A stretch of 64,000 bases of DNA from Heterodontus francisci (GCF_036365525.1 NC_090378.1:112892351-112956350); one strand, 5' to 3'. Counted from the stretch's first letter, positions 25,066 through 37,239 are shown. Made by a program: numbers and translations. Notes: generated by a model not told the origin, from the sequence alone.

Positions 25066-25500
25066 GTGTTACATTCAGCTTGGGCTGATGTTAAGCAAGC
25101 ATTTGCTGAAGGAAATCGAGGACCAGTGGCCCTGTGGAGGCCTTCAGTTTGCCATTCAGAGGGCCGTCTCTGAACTGAAATTAGAGTAGGTCCGATTAAA
25201 AATGGAACAGTGACATTCAGTACTGGTGTTACCATGATAGTACCTTAGTGACTGAGTCTTCTCTGCAAGGCAGTCGTAACAGCAATTCACTGCAGAGAAA
25301 GTCAAGATCGTCAGGTCAAGCTGCAAATGGCCATTTACCAATGACTGCTGTGCTATCATCTGGGAATCAGGGTGCTGCTCATTAACTGAGGCTCATGAGG
25401 CCCAGGTTTGTAAATCCCAATGGCGGGCAAGGATGGGATCCAGGGAAGAGGTTCCAACCCCCTGCCACAGGGAGCAAGAAGAACTATGTCCCACCCATGT

Positions 25501-26035
25501 TACTCAGTGACATACTGAGGGAGCTGGATTCACATCAGTAGAGATACAGCCACTAAAACAGGGCACTGGAGGAGGGGATACTGAGTGACAGCGTGAGGGA
25601 GCTGGATTAGCATCAGTGGAGATACAGTAAATAACACAGGGTGCTGGGGGAGGGGATACTGAGTGACAGTGTGAGGGAGCTGGATTAACATCAGTGGAGA
25701 TACAGTCAGTAACACAGGGCGCTGGGGGAGGGGATACTGAGTGACAGTGTGAGAGAGTTGGACTAACATCAGTGGAGATACAGTCACTAACACAAGGCGC
25801 TAAGGGAGGGGTTACACAGTGACACAGTGAGGGAGCTTGATTAACATCAGTATAGATACAGTCACTAACACAGAGTGCTGGGGGAAGGGTTACTCAGTGA
25901 CAGTATGAGGGAGCTGGATTAACTTCAACCGAGATACAGTCAGTAAAACAGGGCCCTGGGGGAGGGAATACTGAGTGACAGACAGTGTGAGGGAACTGGA
26001 CTAACAACAGTGGAGACACAGTCACTAAACAAGAT
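25501..26035. repeat. ~78-bp tandem repeat (~7 units)
   Basis: TACTGAGTGACAG..GAGCTGGATTAACATCAGTGGAGATACAGTC recurs at 25579, 25657, 25735 and onward. Confidence 0.93.
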
Positions 26036-26288
26036 GCTGAATGGAATGGTGGTACAAATTGCATTGAAAAGCACTTATCATGTCTGATGATCAAAATGAT
26101 ACTGAGCTTCTTAGATTTTCCCTTTTCACATCATACAAAAGTTTTTGGCCAAATGTTTAGATGTGGACAGTGTCCCTTTAAGAGGGCCTTGATGGTGCTC
26201 TGTCTCAAGGCTGGCTCCAGTTACTTCCAATGAAGTTGCATGAGTGTTGTAAATAATTGTAAACTGAAACTCCAGCCCACAACTCAGA

Positions 26289-26404
26289 GGGGGTGAAATT
26301 GGTCTTGAGGAGGTAACGTAAAACAGGCGATAGCAAATCGACAGACCACTCTACTCCCTGTTCCCTATGGATATTCCATAGACTCGAAGACCAATTTGAC
26401 CCCC
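26289..26404. mobile_element. 116-bp MITE-like element
   Basis: TIRs GGGGGTGAAATTGGTCTT and AAGACCAATTTGACCCCC, one mismatch in 18 bp. Confidence 0.62.
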
Positions 26405-26749
26405 TTGAGTGTTCCCTTCCCACAGACACACACGCCTGGAGCTGGGTTGTGTTACATCACATGCCTTCATGTTTTGCTGTTCTGAATATATCAGTAGTGC
26501 AGCCGGCAGCGTTACACGGGCTTTACTGCCCGGAGTCCAAATCCGACTAAATATCGATGTCAAAGAGTGCAGGGAGGTTGCTCGATTCACCAATCTTAGG
26601 CGGTGGGAAGATTAATGAGGTGGTTGACACATTCATTTATTTTTAACAGTGAGCAGAAAAATCACGGTACCTGGATATTTCGGAAAAACGAAAAAAAAAA
26701 GTTAAAAATACAATTTACTTCTTATTCCAATTATAGAATAATTCAATAA

Positions 26750-27110
26750 TAAGTATAGGAGCAGGAGGAGGCCATTCAACCCTTCGAGACTTTTCTACCA
26801 TTCAATTAGATCATGGCTGGTCTGCATCTCAATTTCATTTATACGTCTTTGCCCCAAATTCCTCGATACCATTACCCAACAAGTATCTATCAATCTCAGT
26901 CTTGAAATTTTAAATCGACCCCCAGTCTTGACAGTTCTTTTTGGGGGAGAGAGTTCCAGATTTCCACTCCCCTTTGTATGAAGAAGTGTTTCTTGACAAC
27001 ACTCCCACAACAGTCGAGGTCTAATTGTTCTGGACTCCTTCGCCAGAGGAATTAGTTTCTCTCTAATTACCCAATCAAATCCTTTAATCATTTTAAACCC
27101 CTCAATTAGG
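26750..27110 (-). mobile_element. CR1 3' fragment
   Basis: MIKGFD.VIREKLIPL remnant plus 3'UTR. Confidence 0.72.
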
Positions 27111-27499
27111 ACTTTGAATTTTCAGAAGTAGGCTGTTCACGGCTCAGCCCAGACAGCAGTTCAAAATGTTTGGAGTGCAGACATTTCTACTGGAATAATT
27201 ATTTTGCTTTAGTTGCAAACGCACAAGGTGATAATGGTAGTGGGAAAAACTGTAATGAGCATCTTGATGGCCTCACAATGACAATGAGAAAGAGCAACCC
27301 TCAGGTCACTGGGTCCGGGCTCAGTGTTGGCCTTAAAGATGGAGTCGTGGGAAGTGCTGCTGCTCCTCCCGGCTCCACGTTCAGCAAAGTTACTCTGCCT
27401 TCTTTGTTGCAAGCAAACCGTAGACTGGTTTCTGTTGGTGCTGCCTGCAATGGTGCTGGCTGCCCCAAGGCAAACCAATGTTTCAGAGGGTGCTCCTAC

Positions 27500-28550
27500 A
27501 AGTTCAGAGGCAGGAAGCAAATGGTAATAGTCAACAGGTGCTTCTGTGACTGGAAGGCTGTTTCCAGTAGAGTGCTGCAGTGCTCGGTACTGGGTACCTT
27601 GCTTTTCATGGTATATACCAATGATTTAGACTCAAATGTAGGGACAATGATTTAGACTCAAATGTAGGGAGCATGATTAAGAAGTTTGCAGATGATATAA
27701 AAATTGGCTGTGAGGTTGTAGTGAAGAAGAAATATGTGGACTGCAGGAAGATATCAATGGACTGGTCAGGTGGGCAGAAAAGTGGCAAATGGAATTCAAT
27801 CCAGAGAAGTGTGAGGTAATGCATTTGGGGAGGGCAAACAAGGTAGGGGAATACACAATAAATGGTAGGATTCTGAGAAGTATAGAGGAACAGAGAGACC
27901 ATGGAGTGCATGTCCACGGATCCTGAAGATAGTAGGACAGGTAGATAAGGTGATTAAGAAGGTTTATGGGATACTTTACTGTCTGGCATAGAATACAACA
28001 GCAAGGAGGTTATGCTAGAACTATATAAAACACTAATTAGTCCACAGCTAGAGTACTGTGTACAGTTGTGGTCACCACATTACAGGAAGGATGTGATCAC
28101 GCTAGAGAGGGTACAGAGGGGATTTACGAGGATCCTGCCAGGAAAGGAGAATTTTACTTATGAGGAGCGATTGGATATGCTGGAGTTGTTATCTCTAGAA
28201 CAGAGGAGGCTGAGGGGAGATTTAATTGAGGTGTATAAAATTATGAGGGGCCAAGATAGAGTGGATAGGAAGGATCTATTTCCCTCAGCAGAGAGGTCAA
28301 TAACCAGGGAGCATTGATTTAAAGTAATTGGTGGAAGGATTAGAGGGTGGAACTCACTGCCTGAATGGGTGGTAGAGGCCTTATCACAATAAAAAAAATA
28401 CTTGGATAAGTACTTGTAGTGTTGTAAACTACAGGGCTACGGAACAAGAGCTGGAAAGTGGTATTAGGCTGGATAGCTCGTTTTCAACTGGCATAAACAT
28501 GATGGGTTGAATGGCCTCATTCTGTGCCATACATTTTCTGTTTCGATGTT
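27500..28550 (+). mobile_element. CR1 3' 1 kb fragment
   Basis: FADD-coding tttgcagatgat near 27686 and ORF 28012..28317 with QLEYCVQLWSP. Contains a perfect 26-bp tandem duplication at 27619-27670. Confidence 0.87.
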
Positions 28551-28752
28551 AGGTTTCTTAATTGCATATACAAAGAGCCTCACACCAGCTTCGTGGGTAA
28601 AGGACACCTCGTTGTTCTTACCCAGTACAATGGCACACGTCCAGGCTGTTTTGGGGCCATAGTGGTCTGAATAGCAGCCAAGAAACTGGGACTGTGTGGA
28701 CCAGTTTCTAGGTCATTATCTCATCGCTGTTTGAAGGAGCTTGCTGTTCTCA

Positions 28753-29229
28753 GAGCATGACGGCCCCTTTCTCATTTTCAATTTTTTTTTTCTCTTTATT
28801 TTATTTTAGTTTGTTTCATCTTTCATTTTTCTTACCATGTGCCTGCCCACTTTTTTTTTTCATGTTTGTACTTTGGGCCAGGGCTGTTCATTTTTCTGTC
28901 CATTAACACCCTCTCTGCACTAACACTTTGTCTTTCAACTCACCATTAACGTACCGTTTGCCTTTGTTCCATGACCTTCTGGTCAGTTATTCTCTGTGAC
29001 GCTGCCCTATCAACACCTTTACTTTTGTTATCTCTTGCCCCACCCCCGCTTTATTTGCTTAAAACCTCTTACATTTCTAGCCTTTGTCAGTTCTGAGGAA
29101 GGGTCACTGACCTGAAACGTTGACTCTGCTTCTCTCTCCACAGATGCTGCCAGACCTGCTGAGTATTTCCAGCATTTCTTGTTTTTATTTCAGATTTCCA
29201 GCATCTGCAGTATTTTGCTTTTATTATAC
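28753..29229 (+). mobile_element. Penelope-like element terminal fragment with 11-bp TSD
   Basis: TGCTGTTCTCA at 28742-28752 and 29230-29240. Contains the CTGANGA..GAAACGTT motif typical of PLE terminal repeats. No coding sequence is present, so the class is inferred. Confidence 0.7.
29089..29125 (+). ncRNA. Minimal type I hammerhead ribozyme motif
   Basis: AGTT-CTGAGGA-AGGGTCACTGACCT-GAAA-CGT-T-GACT: CUGANGA and GAAA cores, a helix II hairpin, palindromic ACGU helix III, a GUU cleavage triplet and a 4-bp helix I (AGUU/GACU). Confidence 0.62.
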
Positions 29230-29539
29230 TGCTGTTCTCAAATTTGGTTGCTGCGTTTCTCCACATTGCAGTAGTCCAAAATAATTCATTGGCTGTTTAA
29301 TTCTCTGGGACGGTGAAAGGTGCTATATAAATGCAAAGTTCTCTCTTTTTTCATGAAGACACAGCAGCTTTAAGAATAGCTCGCTGTGGCACTGAGCTTG
29401 GGTTGTGCACGCCGAGGGGCTGAATAGCCTACTCCTGGCCCGATGTTCCTTATACACTGCCCCTTTAAGAGTGCTCAGTGTAGGCTGTGCACTCTAAAGG
29501 GGTTGAATAGTCTACTCCGATGTTCCTGTGGTCACTCAG

Positions 29540-29880
29540 ACGCTGCCGCTTTAAGAGTGCTGGGCTGTGCATGGAGTTGTCTTCACTGCGGATTGTGAGT
29601 GCCGAGGGGTTCTGACGTGTGTCAGTGAAAGGCTCGGGTCAGCTCTGGGCTGGACAGGACATTCAGAGCGGGCTCTATCACATGTGGGGAGCCAGGCTGG
29701 TACCCAGCTCCCGCCGCACTGACATACACAGCAAGCGGGGGAAGGCGGGCGGAGACTCGGCACCGTGTAGGCAGCAGTAAACACACATCCTCGAGAGCAG
29801 AGGCTGGCGCTTCCCTCCCAGTAACAACAAAGTATGAAGACAGTAGTTAGTGGCTGAGAGGCAGCACTAGCAGCAGCAAC
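29540..29880 (+). promoter_or_regulatory. Candidate promoter/5'UTR of the RXR gene
   Basis: Non-repetitive and CpG-enriched relative to the window. Contains TGACGT (29613-29618), palindromic CACATGTG (29679-29686), GC box GGGCGG (29747-29752) and forkhead-type GTAAACA (29777-29783) directly upstream of the exon. The TSS cannot be determined. Confidence 0.55.
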
Positions 29881-29929
29881 ATGTACGGTCACTACCATCA
29901 CTTCATGAAGCTCCCTGTCACCTACAACC
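29881..29929 (+). CDS. RXRG: First coding exon of a retinoid X receptor, RXR-gamma type (MYGHYHHFMKLPVTYN + phase-1 intron)
   Basis: ATG at 29881 in context gcagcaacATG (A at -3). 16 codons + 1 nt precede a consensus GTGAGT donor (29930-29935). The peptide aligns without gaps to the recalled human RXRG N-terminus MYGNYSHFMKFPAGYG, with the same recalled exon length and phase. Paralog assignment rests on 16 aa only. Confidence 0.78.
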
Positions 29930-30659
29930 GTGAGTACACTGCCGGCTTCTCCCTCAAGTAACTATCTCCCTCTTCCTTTCTCTCTCTCACTACTTTCGCA
30001 TTCTGTGCTGTGAAGTTTTTTTAAAAATCATTACTTAGACTTTTTTTTTATTTAAAAAGGGAATTGTTACTCTTTCGCGCCCTCAACTCGCTCTCTTTTT
30101 TTTTTCTTATTTTGTTTAAAACAAACCGCAAATGGGTTCTAGGACCGGAGCAATTTGCTAAAAAGACAATAAAAAGCTCATTTTCCGGGCAAATGTCGCT
30201 TGCTTTGAGGTGCTCGGATTTTCTGCCGCGCCGCTCTGAACTTGGGGCGATTGTGTTGTAGCGGCTTCCCCGCCTCCCCTAACATCCCGCCCGGGAGGCC
30301 TGGCAGTGAAAATCGGGCGGACATGCGAGCACCCAAAATGAAAATTTTCCTACTTCCCTTCTCCACCCTCCCCCCCAACCAAAAAAAAATTAAGTCCAAT
30401 TTTAACTCACTGAAAACCCATTCACAGAGTTAAAATCGAGCCCCATTGAGCCTCTGCACAGGGCACTGGGTGGAGGGGAAATGTGGCATTTTGCATTTTG
30501 TAGAAACATTTCAGATTCCCAGGGCTGAGACTGTCCCTTCCCAATAAAGACTTAAGCTGAACTCATTCATGTTCCGTTCACAGGTTACTTCTTAACCCTA
30601 GACCCCTCTGAACCGCTGTACACAGCTAATGATACTGCCAGTCCCAAGAACTGACTGCA

Positions 30660-31050
30660 AAAATCTCAGTGTACAAATGTGTAGCAATACAGTATAGTGT
30701 GTATGAAATATAAACATACAGCACTCTTGTCAAAAAGTATCTTCTGTATAAATGTACAGCACTTACTCTGTCAGTGTATTCTCTGAGTACATATCACTCA
30801 CTGCAATAGTATAAATGTACTACACTTGGTGTTTATTTTGTAAAAACACAGCACTCATTGTCATGCATTTTATCCTATATGCTCTCAGCATACATTGTAT
30901 CTCATCTAAATATACAGCATTTAACATCATTACAGTATACAATCTATATAAATCTGTGTGCTCAGTGTTTTTCTTACACAATGCAGTGTATGATGGTGAA
31001 TGCTATACATTTAAATGGAATGAACTATGAGTGTACAGCAACTACTGATA
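30660..31050. repeat. AT-rich degenerate tandem/low-complexity region
   Basis: Recurring TACAGCA(C/T)T and TATAAATGTAC motifs at irregular spacing. Confidence 0.5.
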
Positions 31051-32369
31051 TATTTTGATGGCCTTCCAATGTTAAGTATTTCCAGGGCAGGTACAGTATA
31101 GGGTAAAGCCCCTTCTCAACTCTCCCATCAAATATTCACAAGAGTGAGTTACAGGCTGCATTCTCATCGAGGGGTTCGGGTGGTGTATATCTAGAATAGC
31201 ACATAGCTGGGAGTGAGTTACAGGCTGCAATCTTATCGAGGGGTTTGGGTGAAAGTAAATAATTTAAGAAAGAGAAAGCAGTATCTTTGTCTTTTGAGGT
31301 CAGACTGCAGCTGTTAGGAACTGACTGTATGACTCAGATGTTTATTGCTCCCAAGATGCAGAAGGATAGATCTGAAGATGTCCGTTCCCTCCCCTGCACC
31401 CCCCACCTCCTTCCCACTGCAGACCAGCTCCATTGCTGAGTCAGCTAATCTTGGGCAAGGTGGCAGTAGAGGGTGCTACAGGTGGCCTCACTGCCCATTG
31501 CATCGGGAGTTGCAGGGGAATGGCAGAGTGCATCAAACTGTCTGGATGGAATAATTGCAAAGGTCCTGCCATGGTTCACCGATGCGTATTCCTGACACGG
31601 ATCGTTTCATGGAGCGGGGGAATACATTTTTATTAAGATTTACCCTTGTACACCGCCGTGCATTGCAAATTCTTTCTTGACATTTGTTGTAAAGGTGCCA
31701 TTTGGGCTTCGGGAGAATGACCCATATGCATGGGATCTTTCTTTGCATTGTGCTGCCAGTCGGGTCTTCTGCAGGCCCCATTCAGATATAGGCCCTTGCT
31801 TTAGTGCGACCCCTATCGGTATCGCCTCTGTGCCCTTGGAGATTGGTTTTCAGCTTGGTTGGCATCTGCCAAGAGCACGTGGCAAAGTGAAACCATCCAG
31901 GGGTAGAGCTTCAAGCCTTCCTGCACCTGCATTGGCAGCACAGCCCAGTCAAGCCAGAGTGGTTTTATTTTAATTTAAAAAAGTCAACAGATGAAACCCT
32001 CCAGCCACTGGGGGTGGAATTGGATTGCAGTTGGAGCGTGAATCAGGTGATAGCCAATTCATTTAATGCCCCATCTGATTTCCTTTGACTTCAGTGGTAA
32101 AATGGAAACCAGGCTGGGTGTGAAATGGGGCCCTCAATTGGTTATCATTCATCCTGTGAGGTTGCCAAAGACCAGGCTCCCCTCCTTCGTCACCTCCACT
32201 GAGCGATCCTTGCTCCAAACCAGTCCCGTTATAACTGAAGGTGCTCTTTGGCCATCACAACCCGTGGAAGCCTCTTCATGAAAGACGGATAGTACACAAG
32301 TGTCGGCATTCTCCTCATTCGACCACCATAACTTCAATAGAAACCCTATTGGCTTTGAAGCATAAAACT

Positions 32370-33270
32370 CGCCAGCACAGAAAGGGGCCATTCAGCCCAT
32401 CATGTCTGTGTTGGCTCTTTGAAAGATCTGTGCAGTTAGTTCCTCACCCCAGCTTTTTCCCCATAACCCTGCAAAGTAGTCCTCTTCAAGTACATTTCCA
32501 GTTGTCTTTTGAAAGTTCCTATGGGATCTGATTCCACCCCCCCCCCCCTTTTCAGGTGGTGAATTCCAGGTCTTAACAACCCTCTGTGTGAAGAAATTTC
32601 TCCTTATTGCCCCTCTAGTTATTTTGTCAATTATTTTAAATCAATGACCTCTGGTTACCAACCCTCTTTCCTGAGGAAATCATTTCTCCCTACTTGTTCT
32701 ATCAAAACCCCTCATAATTGTGAATACCTCGATTTAATCTCCCCTTAACCTTCTCTGCTGGAAGGAGAACAATCCCAGCTTCTTCAATCTCTCCACATAA
32801 CTGAACTCCCTCATCCCTGGTATCATATTTGTAAATCTCCTCTACCCCCTCCAAGGACGACCTCCTTCCTAAAGTGTGAAGACCAGAATTGTACACAACA
32901 CTCCAGCTGATGCCTAACCAGCGATTTATAAAGGTTTAGCATGACTTCCTTGTTTTTGATTTCAATGCCCCTATTTACAAAGCTTATATTTCCCACGTGC
33001 TTTCTTAACCACCTGATCAACTTGCTCTGCCACTCTCAAAGATTTGTGAATATGATCAGATGCCTCTGCTTTTAAACTGCCCTCAGAATAGTACCATTTA
33101 GATTATACTGGCTTTGCATGTTGCTTCTCCCAAACTGTAGCACTTCATACTTTTCCACGTTAAACTGTATCTGCCATGTGTCTGCCCCTTTCAGCAGTCT
33201 ATGTCTCCTGAAGTCTGCTACTACCATGCTCACGATTTACTATGCTGTCAAGTTTTGTATCATCTGCAAA
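32370..33270 (-). mobile_element. CR1 3' fragment, head-to-head with the young CR1
   Basis: ORF 32823..33020 has LVRHQLECCVQFWS; 3'UTR toward 32370. Confidence 0.83.
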
Positions 33271-33288
33271 TACATTGTTCATCCTAAA

Positions 33289-35540
33289 GGCCCACTCAAG
33301 GACAGAGATGCGAATCTTTGCGTGGAGCCAGAGGAAATGGGCGAGGTGCTAAATTGGGGGAAGGCTAATTATAACAATATTAGGCAGGAACTGAAGAATT
33401 TAGATTGGGGATGGCTGTTTGAGGGTAAATCAACATCCGACATGTGGGAGTCTTTCAAACGTCAGCTGATTAGAATCCAGGACCAGCATGTTCCTGTGAG
33501 GAAGAAAGACAAGTTTGGCAAGTTTCGGGAAGCTTGGATAACACGGGATATTGTGAGCCTAGTCAAAAAGAAAAAGGAAGCAGTTGTAAGGGCTGGAAAG
33601 CTAGGAACAGATGAAGCACTTGAGGAATATAAAGACAGTAGGAAGGAACTTAAGCAAGGAGTTAGGAGGGCTAAAAGGGGTCATGAAAAGTCATTGGCAA
33701 ACAGGATTAAGGAAAATCCCAAGGCTTTTTATACATGTATAAAGAGTAAGAGGGTAACCAGGGAAAGGGTTGGCCCACTCAAGGACAGAGATGGGAATCT
33801 ATGCGTGGAGCCAGAGGAAATGGGTGAGGTGCTAAATGAGTACTTTGCATCAGTATTCACCAAGGAGAAGGACTTGGTGGATGATGAGCCTAGGGAAGGG
33901 AGTGCAGATAGTCTCAGTCATCTCATTATCAAAAAGGAGGAGGTGTTGGGAGTCTTGCAAAGCACTAAGGTAGATAAGTCCCCAGGGCCTGATGGGATCT
34001 ACCCTAGAATACTGAGGGAGGCAAGGGAAGAAATTGCTGGGGCCTTGACAGAAATCTTTGCATCCTCATTGGCTACAGGTGAGGTCCCAGAGGACTGGAG
34101 AATAGCCAATGTTGTTCCTTTGTTTAAGAAGGGTGGTAAGGATAATCCAGGAAATTATAGGCCGGTGAGCCTTACGTCAGTGGTAGGGAAACTATTAGAG
34201 AGGATTCTTTGGGACAGGATTTACTCCCATTTGGAAACAAACAAACTTATTAGTGAGAGACAGCATGGTTTTGTGAAGGGGAGGTCGTGTCTCACTAATT
34301 TGATTGAGTTTTTTGAGGAAGTGACGAAGATGATTGATGAGGGAAGGGCGGTGGATGTTGTCTATATGGACTTTACTAAAGCCTTTGACAAGGTCCCTCA
34401 TGGCAGACTGGTGCAAAAGGTGAAGTCACACGGGATCAGAGGTGAGCTGGCAAGATGGATACAGAACTGGCTCAGTCACAGAAGACAGAGGGTAACAGTG
34501 GATGGGTGTTTTTCTGAATGGAGGGATGTGACTAGTGGTGTTCCGCAGGGATCAGTGCTGGGACCTTTGCTGTTTGTAGTATATATAAATGATTTGGAGG
34601 AAAATGTAGCTGGTCCGATTAGTAAGTTTGTGGACGACAGAGGTTGGTGGAGTTACGGATAATGATGAGGATTGTCAGAGGATACAGCAGGATATAGATC
34701 GGTTGGAGACTTGGGCGGAGAAATGACAGATGGAGTTTAATCCAAACAAATGTGAGGTAATGCATTTTGGAAGGTCTAATGCAGGTGGGAGGTATACAGT
34801 AAATGGCAGAAACCTTAGGAGTATTGACAGGCAGAGAGATCTGGGCGTACAGGTCCACAGGTCACTGACAGTAGCAACGCAGGTGGATAAGGTAGTCAAG
34901 AAGGCATACGGCATGCTTGCCTTCATCGGTCGGGGCATAGAGTATAAAAATTGGCAAGTCATGTTGCAGCTGTACAGAACCTTAGTTAGGCCACACTTAG
35001 AATATTGCGTGCAATTCTGGTCGCCACACTACCAGAAGGACGTGGAGGCTTTGGAGAGGGTACAGAAGAGGTTTACCAGGATGTTGCCTGGTCTGGAGGG
35101 CATTAGCTATGAGGAGAGGTTGGAAAAACTCGGATTGTTTTCATTGGAACGACGGAGGTGGAGGGGCAACATGATCAAGGTTTACAAAGTTATGAGCGGC
35201 ATGGACAGAGTGGATAGTCAGAAGCTTTTTCCCAGGGTGGAAGAGTCAGTTACTAGGGGGCATAGGTTTAAGGTGAGAGGGGCAAAGTTTAGAGGGGATG
35301 GGCGAGGCAAGTTTTTTTACACAGAGGGTGGTGAGTGCCTGGAACTTGCTGCCAGGGGAGGTGGTGGAAGCAGGTACGATAGCGACATTTAAGAGACATC
35401 TTGACAAATATATGAATAGGAAGGGAATAGAGGGATATGGGCCCCGGAAGTGCAGAAGGTGTTAGTTTCGGCAGGCATCAAGATTGGCGCAGGCTTGGAG
35501 GGCCGAATGGCCTGTTCCTGTGCTGTACTGTTCTTTGTTC
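33289..35540 (+). mobile_element. Young CR1-clade LINE, 5'-truncated ORF2 (RT) plus 3'UTR
   Basis: ORFs 33118..34662 and 34730..35392 carry KSPGPDGIYP, NYRPVSLTS, YMDFTKAFDKVPH, GVPQGSVLGP and LEYCVQFWSP. Frameshift near 34637, a stop near 34725 and a frameshift near 35315. (TGTTCT)-type tail; CTAAA at 33284-33288 and 35540-35544 is a possible TSD. Confidence 0.93.
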
Positions 35541-35974
35541 TAAACCACTGGACCATGAACATGGTATAACAGTTCTGTCCCTGTAAAACAATATATTATT
35601 CTGCTACCAAATTGTAGCTGTGCAATTCAGTGTCTCCCTTTAAAACCACGGGATGTAAATATATTATCTTCCTACAGTCAATCAGAGCCCAATTGATCCT
35701 CCAGTGCATTGGAGATAAATTGCCTTTCTTTAATTGACAGAAATTTGTATGTTTGACTGTGTGACATTAAAATATCTCAAAACTTAAATATATACTCCGA
35801 GATCTCCTGTAATGTTCCTTGCTGGTGATATCAAAGTGTGATGGGGAAAGTGTTACAAGAAATAAGTGCAACATTGACAGGAAGTGCATGTTCTACGCAA
35901 GACTTTTAATAGTTATAAATGGATGTATATATTGCCTTCATTCCTCTTCCGGCCATTGCGCATATTTTTTATTC

Positions 35975-36215
35975 CAAAGAGCAGGTGAGTTCTCTCCAGT
36001 GTCCTGGCCAATAATTAACCCTGAATCAACATCAATAAAACAGATTATCTGGTCATTATCGCATTGCTGTTTGTGGAATCTTGTTGTGTGCAAATTGGCT
36101 GCCATGTTTCCTACATTCCAACAGTGAGCGCACTTCAAAAATACTTCATCTGTAAAGCACTTTGGGATGACCTGGGGTCATGAAAGGTGCTATAGAAATG
36201 TAAGCTCCTGTTTTC
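35975..36215 (+). mobile_element. SacSINE1-like 3' half
   Basis: Collinear with the other copies through the tail. Confidence 0.8.
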
Positions 36216-37239
36216 TTTTTGACTGGCAGTCCAACTAAATAGCAAATGACAGCATCTGAAATAGTGCTGGATATAGGAGATCGAACATCAGCAGTCTTTG
36301 TCACAGAGGACACACAGTTCCAGTGCATTGAAATGTTAACAGGGACAGATTTGACTTGTGATTTGAATTTGCAGTCATCGGGTCTGACCTACCCCAAGGG
36401 ACTCCTAGATAGCCAGACACCAATTGGTTGGAGTAAAGAGTTTTGAGATAAATCTTAAAGCTTTCAAAGAGAGGGGGATGGGGCAGAGAGGGTTAGGGAG
36501 CAAGTTCGAGAGTAGGATTTCGGTAACCCAAAGAATTGATCAATAATGATGGGGCTATGGGGAAGGTGATCAGTAGAAGGACAGAGTCAGAATGAGCAAA
36601 ATATTTGGTAGGGGTTGTAGGCTGGAGGTATTAAATATACAGTCTGTTCTTAAGCACTGATCATCTGCATCGCTCTTATAACCTGTACCCACCCCTCCCC
36701 GCCTCGAATTTGACAGCCCCATGCGCTGCATTAGATGAAGTGCACTTTCTTTCTCTGAATAAAATGACCTATCTTTGAAGACCTCTGCCCATTTCGCTTC
36801 AATGACTGCTCACACGTCACCTCCGTCTCCCCTCTCTCATTCAGTTGTGCCCCCACCGAGCAGAACAATCGTGTGTAGAGGCAAGTCTTCCCCCAGTGAC
36901 TTGTTTCTCTGTGCTGCTCTGCATTATGGTGGGTTTTTTTGACAGTGGTCCTCAACCCCGATGAGGGAAGGCATTAGATTGTTTGTTTTAAGGATTGCAG
37001 TCCAAGTAGTTTTCTTTATTTCTCTTTCAAACCAAAGAAAGAACATGGACTTTGGAGCACAATAGAACAAACGCTTCATTCGACTGTACCTTCAGCTGCA
37101 AACTACCCCAGCAGATTTATTAACCAATAAATGGATAAGCGAAAAGTCGGCACGACCACTCCGAAGATTTACAGCAGTTGCAGATGGAACAATTTCCACC
37201 TCAGAAGATTGAAAGTAACAGTCGCATCTGCTGCGTTTG

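Larger units (their letters stand above)
28700..29345 (+). mobile_element. SacSINE1-like 3' half split by a Penelope-type insertion
   Basis: ggtcattatctcatcgctgttt..ttgctgttctca resumes at 29230 and ends aaaggtgctatataaatgcaa. Confidence 0.75.

Noticed and set aside
25530-25793. ORF with 26-aa repeats
   Set aside because: In-frame translation of a 78-bp tandem repeat; neighbouring units have indels and there is no exon evidence.
31345-31973. Cluster of short ORFs in unique-looking sequence as RXR exon 2
   Set aside because: No frame resembles the Ser/Pro-rich A/B region or the zinc fingers, and no family could be recognised.
33118-33288. N-terminal extension of the 514-aa ORF
   Set aside because: Chance read-through from the antisense strand of the neighbouring CR1; not part of the element or a host gene.
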